In this document: piece after piece, positions 55,967 through 64,000 of the stretch | Position numbering within the stretch: the first letter of the stretch is position 1 | Layout of the letters: the number at the start of each line of letters is the position of its first letter | Program-made: the position numbers and the translations under genes | Notes under the pieces: generated by a model | Seen by the model: only the letters and a program-made list of their open reading frames with translations | What the model was told of the DNA's origin: nothing | Database searches by the model: none | Origin: an uncultured Acidobacteriota bacterium | GTDB lineage: Bacteria; Acidobacteriota; Blastocatellia; RBC074 | Assembly: GCA_963796275.1 (NCBI GenBank) | Contig: CAWCKY010000007.1 | Coordinates: 800,001-864,000 of the forward strand | DNA: 64,000 nt | Direction: 5' to 3'

Positions 55967-57466
55967 CTAATTTCCATCTTGCTTCTTCCAGGAGGGAAAT
56001 TTCGCCGGCTCTTTTATATCCTCTTTTATTGTGTAGTCGGGTGAAACCTGGAAGAGCGCGGATTCAGGCTCTGCCCGGATGATGTTGGTGACGCGATAGG
56101 TTGATTCGCCGAAGCGGGGATCGCTGCGTTTGGACAGAATAATCATGCTCAACTCCGGCGAATACCAGGTTTCACTGACCGTTTCAATCGGGCGGTCATT
56201 GCCGATTGCGCCCACAGGTATGGTCGTGACCTTGCGTGTTCCTTCGCATAGGATGCCCTCCACCAGTTGATTGTTGAATCGTTCAGTATTGATCGCATAT
56301 TTCGGGGCGCTTTTTGCGTCTTGAGCCGGGGATTGCTCTTCATCAATGAGTTTGAAGTTGAAATGCAGAATGCCCCGGATTTTAACAGGCTTGCCTGAGA
56401 GCGTTGTCGGTTTGAATATCCACTGGCGGGCCGCTTGAAGCGCGGCTTCTCGGAGCAGCGGATGTCCGGCTATTACGGCCGCTTCGATCACATCTCCGGT
56501 TTCGCTGATGATTGCCTGCACTGACACAGTGCCTGAAGCTCTGGCAGCCTTCGCCGTTAGGGGATACGGCGGCGCAGCTTTCTTGATGGCCAGGCCAGGC
56601 AATACCCCCTCATTCACTGCCGGGCTCGGAGAGTCAGAGGCTGATTGCGAAGGATGCCGCGGCTGCATCCGCCTGATAATTGGAATGTCCGTTTTCTGCG
56701 CGATTCTTGTCTCTGGATCGAGAATGTAACTCGCTCCTCCGACCGGATCATAGATGCTGATTGTATGTATCGACTCACTCGTCCCGCCCATCCGTAATGA
56801 CCGCTCGTTGCGTGTGCGACCCTGGCTGTCGCGGGAGATTTGGCCTGCGAAACTTTGAATGATGCGGGTTCCATCCGCTAGCGTCTGAATCGTTTCGGAA
56901 ATGATATCGGCTGAAAACGGCGCATCAGCGATCAGGTTGTTGTCGAAGCTCATCTCCTGCGAGAAATACTGGAAAGCGCCGCCGCCTATCCGAGCTACTT
57001 TGACCGAACTACTATTGGCCCCTTCGGGAACGCTAGACGGGCCGCCGGCCTGATTGACCGCGGTGATGGTGACGGACTCAGTAATTTGTCCGATCTCCAG
57101 CATCATTTCGAGCCGCACCGTCTGTTCGACCTGCACTTGAATCCCGCTGCGCTCCGCCGCCATGAAACCGGGTTTCAAGAAGCGTAGCGTGTAGATGGCC
57201 GGAGGCAGTGCGGGGAACCGGTAGACGCCGGCATCGTCGCTCACGACCTTGCGAGCGGCGCCGGTAGCGGTGTTCGTCGCGATCACGTCAGCGCCTCGTA
57301 TTCTGGCGCCATAGAAATCGGTGATGACGCCTGTGAGCTCACCTTGCGTTTGTGCCATCCCGATGATCGCAGAAGCAGAGAGCAGCAAGGCACAGCCTAG
57401 GAAATGATGGGCGATCAACGCAAACGCGCAAATTGATGATATAAGTCTTCTTTCCATACTTTTCAT
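55967..57466 (-). CDS. Exported protein: carboxypeptidase-regulatory-like domain plus a conserved domain carrying an internal TonB C-terminal domain
   Basis: GVITD..GA..GVYRFPALPP; APFSA...RDSQGRTR; PPYPLTAKAARASGTV...W.FKP (TonB-C); WYSPEL...DPRFGE. Confidence 0.78.
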   Translation of the reverse strand: MKSMERRLISSICAFALIAHHFLGCALLLSASAIIGMAQTQGELTGVITDFYGARIRGADVIATNTATGAARKVVSDDAGVYRFPALPPAIYTLRFLKPGFMAAERSGIQVQVEQTVRLEMMLEIGQITESVTITAVNQAGGPSSVPEGANSSSVKVARIGGGAFQYFSQEMSFDNNLIADAPFSADIISETIQTLADGTRIIQSFAGQISRDSQGRTRNERSLRMGGTSESIHTISIYDPVGGASYILDPETRIAQKTDIPIIRRMQPRHPSQSASDSPSPAVNEGVLPGLAIKKAAPPYPLTAKAARASGTVSVQAIISETGDVIEAAVIAGHPLLREAALQAARQWIFKPTTLSGKPVKIRGILHFNFKLIDEEQSPAQDAKSAPKYAINTERFNNQLVEGILCEGTRKVTTIPVGAIGNDRPIETVSETWYSPELSMIILSKRSDPRFGESTYRVTNIIRAEPESALFQVSPDYTIKEDIKEPAKFPSWKKQDGN

Positions 57467-57536
57467 AATCTTCTCTCCTTGTTGTTTCCGAACCAGTTCC
57501 CGCGAACGGCATTGGGCAAACAATTGTCATTGCTTC

Positions 57537-58223
57537 TCACCGAACAAATCGAATAGCGCGAGCCAGACCATCTTCGCCGATGAGCAGATCTGCCAGGACC
57601 GGCTCGTCGGCGTTTTCGACATTGACCGGCAGTCCCAGTGTGATGAGCGCTGAACGCGGCATCTGCACCCGAATCACCTCACCGCTCTCCATAGGCTCAT
57701 GGTCGTCGTAGCGCAGCAGGAGGAAATCGGTCAAGCTTTCGTTCTCCTCCACGTCGGCAGTGATGGTCTCAACGCGAATGGAGGGTGTATCGGGTCGCGG
57801 CCGGCGACCGCGGCGACCGCGAGTTGCGTGCAATTCACGACGCGGCTCTCGAGCGATAGGGCCCTGCTTAATTTGAGTATCGCGTTTTACGGAAGGCGGC
57901 GGCTCGGGAACCCTTTCTGTAATCACAACGCGGTCTTTACCTGATCCATTTTGATTAGTGTGATAAACCATAACGATAAAACCGCCAGCGATGAGAATCG
58001 CCGCTGCCGCTGCCAAAGACCAGCGCCGCCAACTCCATGAGCGAGCCAGTGACCGACGCGCGATCGGATTTGACGCGCGCGCGCGAAAATCCTGGCCGCG
58101 CTCTTCCAGGCGGGACTGCGCTGCCCTCCAACTGTCGGTGAAAAACGGGGCATGCCGCTCATCTTCCTGCTTCAGTTGCTGAAACAATTCTTTGATTGTC
58201 GTCTCTTCCTGTTCCTGCTTCAT
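57537..58223 (-). CDS. Putative anti-sigma factor (single TM)
   Basis: Directly downstream of the ECF sigma; one TM helix; C-terminal VRVQMPRSAL...ADLLIGEDGLARAIRF. Confidence 0.65.
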   Translation of the reverse strand: MKQEQEETTIKELFQQLKQEDERHAPFFTDSWRAAQSRLEERGQDFRARASNPIARRSLARSWSWRRWSLAAAAAILIAGGFIVMVYHTNQNGSGKDRVVITERVPEPPPSVKRDTQIKQGPIAREPRRELHATRGRRGRRPRPDTPSIRVETITADVEENESLTDFLLLRYDDHEPMESGEVIRVQMPRSALITLGLPVNVENADEPVLADLLIGEDGLARAIRFVR

Positions 58224-58773
58224 TGCGGATTTGCCATCCTTTCATCTGTTCGCGCAACTGTTTCTTGCCGCGCTCGTAATGCTTGCGCGCCGACCCCAAC
58301 GAAATGCCCATGACATGCGCCGCTTCCGACAGACTCAGCTCATGATAAAAAACGAGTTGCAATACTTCGCGTTGACGGCGCGGTAATCCTGTCAGCATCT
58401 TACGCACCAGACGCTGAAGCTCGGCGCGATGAACCGCCTCATCCGGACGTTCTATCGTTGCCGGGATTGGACTCGCAAGATGCCGATCCACCAACAAATG
58501 GCGCAGCATTTGCCGCCGCCGCTCATCTGCCGCCGTTCGCCGAATCACAGCGAACAGCCACGTCTTGAAGGAAGACTTGCCCTCATAGCGCGCCTTGCCC
58601 ATCAGCACTTTGAGATAGACCGTTTGCAACACCGTTTCAGCCTCTACTGACGAACGCGCACAACAGCTCAGCGCCCAGCCGTAGCTTTCACTGTGGTGTG
58701 TTTCGAGCGCAATTCGTAATTCGGCATCGGTCATATATTCCGGCTCGCAAGTGCGATGTTCTATGTCACACAC
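58159..58773 (-). CDS. ECF (sigma70 group 4) RNA polymerase sigma factor (start possibly 58734)
   Basis: SSFKTWLFAVIRR region 2; LPRRQREVLQL...EAAHVMGISLGS region 4. Confidence 0.92.
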   Translation of the reverse strand: MCDIEHRTCEPEYMTDAELRIALETHHSESYGWALSCCARSSVEAETVLQTVYLKVLMGKARYEGKSSFKTWLFAVIRRTAADERRRQMLRHLLVDRHLASPIPATIERPDEAVHRAELQRLVRKMLTGLPRRQREVLQLVFYHELSLSEAAHVMGISLGSARKHYERGKKQLREQMKGWQIRNEAGTGRDDNQRIVSATEAGR

Positions 58774-59002
58774 ATTAGTCGTCTGAAAGCGGCGATTATA
58801 TGACGCGGACGGAGAGTTATATGTCTGGAAGTGCGAGACAGGAGAGTGGAGAAGGGGATCGGGTGAGAAATACTATCTTTAATCACTTGCGGCGCGTGAG
58901 CTCGCGCCGCCGCGAGCTCGCTTGTATCGGATTGCGATCAGAAATTCAGACAATTCTTCCAAGCCCGCGCCCTTCACCTGATCGCCGCCTGGTTATCCAA
59001 TC

Positions 59003-59905
59003 TCAATGATTCGCGGCCGACTCGCCCGCCAGGAATTTGAGCAGTGTGCTATTAAAAATCTGCGCCTTTTCGATCTGAGCTACATGTCCGCACTGTTCGA
59101 TGATCACTTTTTGCGCGCCGGAAATGTCCTGAGCGAAAGCCTCGGCCATCGCCGGCGGCGTCAATCCATCTTCCCGACCCCAGATCACCAGAGTCGGAGC
59201 CTTGATCGTCTTCACTTTATCGTCGATGAAATCCTCGCCGCGCAGAACCGAATCGATGAACGAGTTAATCGTTAAACCATCGCCTCGCTTTAATTTGGCG
59301 GTAAAGGCCTGGGCAACTACAGCGTCGCTTGACATCGCTTTGTTATAGAATACCGCTTGGAATAAGCGTTTCATATCGGCAGTAGTCGATGGATTGAGGA
59401 CGGAATATATCTCGTTCGATAGTTCCTGCCCTCCATAACGCTTCGCCGTATATCCGGCAGCGCTCACCAGCACCAGTCTATCTACCTTTTGCGGATGAGC
59501 GATCGCGAAAGCAGCAGCAGTCCATCCGCCGAGCGAGTTGCCGACGAGCGTCGCTTTTTCTATTCCCAGCTTCTGATAGAACTGACCGAGGAATTCCACC
59601 AGCGTCGCCACCCGATAATTCATGATCGGCTTATCCGATTTTCCGAAACCGATCTGATCGGGAACATAAATATGATATTTCGATGCGAGGGCAGGAATCG
59701 TCATAGTCCAATTGGTCGCGTCACCGCCCAGCCCATGCAAAAGGATCACAGTAGGCCCGGAGCTGCCCGCTTCCAGGTAGTGGATATTCTGGCCGTAAAT
59801 TTCGACTTGCTTCGAAACGGGCGCAGCTGCTTGTGCATATGCTGCTATGCTGAGTGTGAGTCCTAATAGTATGGCGCAGATCGAAATTCGAGTTCTCTCC
59901 ATCAT
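59003..59905 (-). CDS. Secreted alpha/beta hydrolase
   Basis: LHGLGG, GNSLGG, WGREDG, GHVAQIE. ATG at 59905 has RBS GGAGG; the ORF-track extension is only the tandem repeat. Confidence 0.9.
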   Translation of the reverse strand: MMERTRISICAILLGLTLSIAAYAQAAAPVSKQVEIYGQNIHYLEAGSSGPTVILLHGLGGDATNWTMTIPALASKYHIYVPDQIGFGKSDKPIMNYRVATLVEFLGQFYQKLGIEKATLVGNSLGGWTAAAFAIAHPQKVDRLVLVSAAGYTAKRYGGQELSNEIYSVLNPSTTADMKRLFQAVFYNKAMSSDAVVAQAFTAKLKRGDGLTINSFIDSVLRGEDFIDDKVKTIKAPTLVIWGREDGLTPPAMAEAFAQDISGAQKVIIEQCGHVAQIEKAQIFNSTLLKFLAGESAANH

Positions 59906-59997
59906 CGTTTGACCTCCAATTGACCATCGTAATTTGACTATTAGATATTGTATTTCGGTATTGGAACAATATGTTTGCGGGTTATCACGGATGTGAC

Positions 59998-60042
59998 GGG
60001 GCAACAGGGGCAACAGGGGCAACAGGGGCAACAGGGGCAAAA
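59998..60042 (+). repeat. Tandem 9-mer (GGGGCAACA)x4 plus a partial copy
   Basis: Read directly; five GGGG tracts. Confidence 0.92.
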
Positions 60043-60157
60043 CGGATTATCAGCGACGAACTGTCGCATCCGCAAGAATCCGTGGTAAATCCCATCGAAT
60101 AACGATGCGTGATTAATTATTCATACCGGGGCGCTGCCAGCGGATTGATCCATCCGC

Positions 60158-63100
60158 TCAAAATTGAAATTCGAGGCTGAATTGGGCCTGGCGCATCGAG
60201 CCGTTAGTACTGCTGATCACCCCGACCGTGTTTATGCTTGAAATGTTCGTATTCGGATTACCCCAGTTAGGATGGTTCATGACGTTGAACATATCCATGC
60301 GGAACAGGATTCGTTTGGACTCGCGGCCCAGCGGAAAGCTTTTACTCAGGCTGGCGTCCGTGCGGTTGAGCCCGGGGCCGAGAATGATGTTCCTTCCGGA
60401 ATTTCCAAAACGAGCTTGCCCCGTGATCGGGTCCAGCGTCGGTGGCGGTGTGAAGGCCGCCGGATTGAACCAATGGGCAGGAGTCCGCTCGCTCGCGGGA
60501 ATTTCCGAGCTGACGCCATACACCACATCGGGCCGATTGTTGGAGGCGAAGGAGCCAGGCGGCGTATAGGACGGCGTCAGATAGCGTCCCGTTGTGTATC
60601 TCCAGATGCCGCTCAACCTCCAGGAGCTCACGACCGGCATGATCCAGCGCGGGGCGCCGGCGCCGAATCTCTTTCCTCGGCCCACGGGAAGCTCCCAGGT
60701 GAAGTTGCTGTTGATCTGGTGGCGGCGCACGTAATCGCTATTGGCGCGGTCGCGCCCCAGGGTCTGGACATCCAGCGCGGAGGTGATGGCATTAAATCCC
60801 ACGTCATCCAAGCCTTTCGCCCAGGTCCAGTTGGCCTGGTAACTCAGGCCACGCGCGAGTCGGCGGCGGACCTCTACCTGGAGCGCGTGATACGTGGAGT
60901 TGGAATTGGTCACCTCGAGGTTTATCGGCGAACTCCCGAAGCCCGGATACCTGCGGAATATCCTGCCGGTTGCCGGGTCCACCTGCTGCATGTTCAGATT
61001 CACGGTGCGGAACAGGTGGGTTCCCTTGTTGCCGAGATAGGCGACGCTGAGGGCACCGTTGGACCCCAGCATCCGCTGCAGCGTTAGGTTCCACTGCTGG
61101 TTATCGGGCAGACGGAAGTCCTTTTCGATGCCATAGGGAGTAAGGTTCGGCGGTCCCGATGCGTTATAGGGCGAGCGCAGGGTGAGCAACGGCGTTCCGT
61201 TCGCCACCCTCTGTGCATAACTGAGAAGGCTGGCGAACGGAGGGTTCGCGTTGATGGTCAAGGCGATGTACTGCTGTGGATAGCGGCTATAGAATATCCC
61301 ATAGCCTGCATGGATCATCCACTTTCCGGAGCCGGAGGGATCCCACGAAAAGCCCACTCGCGGCCCCAGATTCCACGGCTTGTTCTTCACCAGCCGGCGT
61401 GGATCGTAACCCAGGCTCGAACCACAGACGATGGGAAACGGCAGGTTGCCGTTGGCGTCCTTAAGCCGGTTGATGACGCCCGGGTTGAACAGGTCGACCG
61501 GCAACTGGCCATCGGAACACGCCACTACTATTCCACCGCCGCTCGAGACCTCGGGACTGAACAGCGCCAGCCGGTTAAACTCCTCGTCCGGGTGGTAGAA
61601 CGTTTCGTTGCGGACGCCGAAGCTCAGAGTAAAATTTCGTGCAATCCGCCAATCATCCTGCACGAAGAAGGCAAACTCGGGCTGGCGCAACAGCACCTTG
61701 GATTGCAGCGGCGTCTGCTGGCTGGTGTAGACTACGCCCATGAGGAAGTCGGCAAACGAGTAACCGCTCGAATTTACGTTGTTCATGCCGTTGAAGTTGA
61801 CGACTCCCTGTCCGTTGTTCTCCAGGATGAAATTGAGGTTCGTGATTCTGCCATCGAAGCCCGCTTTGATCTGGTGATTGCCCCAAGCGTGCGAGAATAT
61901 TTCATTAATTGAATACACGTTGTTGGCATACGCAACGAAATTCTGCCCACCGGAAGGCCAGTAGCTCACCGAGCTGAAGCTGTCAGTACCCTGGAATTGG
62001 AAGATGGGTGTGGGAGCTATATAAGGCGACTCGGGAACGAAACCCTGCATCCCGACGGACAGCGCCGTGGGGTAGTTGCCTACGACATACTCGACGTGCC
62101 TTGAGAGGCTCGATGCCCCCAGCCTGAACTCACTGACTGTGCGCGTACCCAGGGGCGCTGTCCAGCCGATCATGCCGTTGATGGCGCGGCTCGGATTTCG
62201 ATAGCCCAGATCCGGCAGACCCATCATACCGGGCGTATAAGCTCCAGCGTTGGAGTATGTCGCGCGCACGGAAAGCGATTGGTTACGCGGTAGCAGTTGG
62301 TCGCCGCGTGCGGTGAACTGATTGTTGTTGCTGATGCCTGCCACGGGATTGGCGGAGTTGTTCACCAGTCCGGGCAAGGTGGCCTTGGCGAACAACGGCC
62401 GCAGTCTTTGAGCGATCGGGTCCATGCGCACTCCCCCCAGGTACAGGTCCAGACGATTGCCCGGAATAACCGGCCTGCCGGGTGTCAGTGGGTCGCGCAA
62501 CTGAACGCGGGGAAGGAGCGAAGAGAAATCGCCCGCCCAGAACGCATCGGGAGGCACAGTCGTGATGCGCGTGTCGCCTCCGTTTTGCCGGAGACCCTCG
62601 TAGTTGACGAAGAAGAATGTCCGGTTGCGGCCGTTGTAGCGTGGCAGCCGGACGGGCCCTCCCAGCGTGCCGCCGAACTGGTGCCTGGCGAACGGGGCTG
62701 GCGGCTCGAAGGTGAAAGGATCGCGCCCGAGCAGCATATTCCCGCGGTAGTACTCGAACAGGCTGCCATGCAACTGGTTGCCACCGCTTTTTGAGACCAT
62801 CACGATGTTAGTGGCTCCGTGGCCGTATTCAGCGGGAGCAACGCCGGAGATCACTTTGAACTCGCGAATGAGCCCGACCGACAGGGGAACGGCCGATGTG
62901 TTCTGCCAGGTGAATGTGTTCGATACGCCATCGATCGAGTACTCGTTGGAGTAGCTTCGGTTGCCGTTGACCGCCACCCCGCCCAGGTCGTAACTCACAC
63001 CGGCTACCGGGTCGACGGCCCCGCCGCCGAGCAGAATGAGCTGGTTAAAATTGCGACCGTTGAGTGGTAGATTATCTACCTGTTCCTCCGTGATGGTCGA

Positions 63101-63514
63101 TTCCACCGTGGGTTTTTCGTTCAGCGCCAGGGTGGACGCGGAGACGGTGACCGTCTGGGAAATTTCCCCCACCTCGAGTTGCGCGTTGCGGCTGATGCTA
63201 TCGCTCGCGTAGAGCTGAACCTGATCGATATGGTGGCTGCGAAATCCAGCCTTTTCGAAATCAAGGGCATACGTTCCCGGCGGCAGTGGATAGAGAACAT
63301 ACCGGCCCTCGTCATTCGAGGTGGTGGTCGTCTTCCATCCGGTCTCCCTGTTCGTTGCTACCACAGTCGCAGACGGGACCGGGGCGCCCGTAGGATCTAA
63401 GACCGTTCCCGAAATTCTCGCGGCAGTGGTCTGTCCGAACGCACTCGGCAAAGCAGCCAGCGCAAGCACTAGCGCGGCGTGAATGAACAAAGTCAGTTTC
63501 TTGTTTCGTTTCAT
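60158..63514 (-). CDS. TonB-dependent receptor, Oar-like
   Basis: LPLNGRNF, SKSGGNQLHG, RHQFGGTLGGP, C-terminal RQAQFSLEFQF. Confidence 0.92.
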   Translation of the reverse strand: MKRNKKLTLFIHAALVLALAALPSAFGQTTAARISGTVLDPTGAPVPSATVVATNRETGWKTTTTSNDEGRYVLYPLPPGTYALDFEKAGFRSHHIDQVQLYASDSISRNAQLEVGEISQTVTVSASTLALNEKPTVESTITEEQVDNLPLNGRNFNQLILLGGGAVDPVAGVSYDLGGVAVNGNRSYSNEYSIDGVSNTFTWQNTSAVPLSVGLIREFKVISGVAPAEYGHGATNIVMVSKSGGNQLHGSLFEYYRGNMLLGRDPFTFEPPAPFARHQFGGTLGGPVRLPRYNGRNRTFFFVNYEGLRQNGGDTRITTVPPDAFWAGDFSSLLPRVQLRDPLTPGRPVIPGNRLDLYLGGVRMDPIAQRLRPLFAKATLPGLVNNSANPVAGISNNNQFTARGDQLLPRNQSLSVRATYSNAGAYTPGMMGLPDLGYRNPSRAINGMIGWTAPLGTRTVSEFRLGASSLSRHVEYVVGNYPTALSVGMQGFVPESPYIAPTPIFQFQGTDSFSSVSYWPSGGQNFVAYANNVYSINEIFSHAWGNHQIKAGFDGRITNLNFILENNGQGVVNFNGMNNVNSSGYSFADFLMGVVYTSQQTPLQSKVLLRQPEFAFFVQDDWRIARNFTLSFGVRNETFYHPDEEFNRLALFSPEVSSGGGIVVACSDGQLPVDLFNPGVINRLKDANGNLPFPIVCGSSLGYDPRRLVKNKPWNLGPRVGFSWDPSGSGKWMIHAGYGIFYSRYPQQYIALTINANPPFASLLSYAQRVANGTPLLTLRSPYNASGPPNLTPYGIEKDFRLPDNQQWNLTLQRMLGSNGALSVAYLGNKGTHLFRTVNLNMQQVDPATGRIFRRYPGFGSSPINLEVTNSNSTYHALQVEVRRRLARGLSYQANWTWAKGLDDVGFNAITSALDVQTLGRDRANSDYVRRHQINSNFTWELPVGRGKRFGAGAPRWIMPVVSSWRLSGIWRYTTGRYLTPSYTPPGSFASNNRPDVVYGVSSEIPASERTPAHWFNPAAFTPPPTLDPITGQARFGNSGRNIILGPGLNRTDASLSKSFPLGRESKRILFRMDMFNVMNHPNWGNPNTNISSINTVGVISSTNGSMRQAQFSLEFQF

Positions 63515-63631
63515 GCCAAATTCCTCAATAGGTGGGAGAATTCATCACAAAAAACATATAAGGCAAAAAACTACGCAGAGAGCGAGAGAACTATTATTTA
63601 TATGTAGTATTTGTGAGTATTGTGGGAATCT

Positions 63632-64000
63632 TCACTGATTCGCGACAGCTTGATACAGCGACTGGATCAATTCCGCGCCAAATCGCCGGCGATCCTCGAT
63701 CGTAGGCAAGTGGCCGAGTTTCGCATTATGCTCGACCATTTGTTCCATCAGCATCCCGGGAACCTCTCGATCTTTCCAGAGACCTTGAATGACCGTCTTA
63801 CGACCTGCCTTATCTGGGCTTGTAGTCGGCGCAGTAACACGTAACGGCGAGGTCGGATTAAAGGAGGTCGTATCTCGCAAGAGCTGAAATACCCGTTGAA
63901 ATAGTTGGCGGTCATCAACCGCCTCGAGATACTCCCCACTCTCGGTATTGTGCATGGTGAGGAACAGATCGATGGGATGTCCGTCCCCTAGCCAATCAAA
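63632..64000 (-). CDS. 3' end of a gene entering from the right edge, possibly an M14-like zinc peptidase
   Basis: Frame is open to the window edge: FDWLGDGHPIDLFLTMHNTES...MEQ. Family call is tentative. Confidence 0.5.
   Translation of the reverse strand, partial: FDWLGDGHPIDLFLTMHNTESGEYLEAVDDRQLFQRVFQLLRDTTSFNPTSPLRVTAPTTSPDKAGRKTVIQGLWKDREVPGMLMEQMVEHNAKLGHLPTIEDRRRFGAELIQSLYQAVANQ

Noticed and set aside
59906-60040. N-terminal MPLLPLLPLL extension of the hydrolase
   Set aside because: It is the translation of the 9-mer repeat; the real start at 59905 has an RBS and a signal peptide.

Overview
64-kb bacterial chromosomal segment, most likely from an Acidobacteriota (Blastocatellia-like) genome. 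This is inferred from the Oar-type TonB-dependent receptors, PDZ-TM-GAF-PP2C sensors and a characteristic ECF/anti-sigma locus. Left end: a Tat-exported TIM-barrel/Gfo-Idh-MocA pair, a GNAT, a REP-like repeat cluster and an RsbV-RsbW-RsbU partner-switching locus. Core: natAB-like ABC genes, mutS, tsaB, rimI, psd, pssA, guaA, dnaE, accA, ssb, cpoB, recN, miaB, DUF151 and parAB. Right half: a second PP2C sensor, a carbohydrate-utilisation cluster (beta-propeller, PL6 lyase, PHP-like protein, TBDR, esterase), an uncharacterised three-gene envelope operon ending in a trypsin-ankyrin protease, lpxD, xerD, an ECF sigma locus and a second TBDR. Two signals stand out. (1) Four separate +1 frameshifts (guaA, parA, the PHP-like gene, xerD) can each be explained by one extra base at the same position, AG^ATCY, which points to a DNA modification at GATC disturbing base-calling. 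(2) The tightly coupled lipoprotein / two-TM protein / trypsin-ankyrin cassette is flanked by gene remnants. No rRNA, tRNA or CRISPR array was recognised. All calls come from reading motifs by eye; no searches were run.
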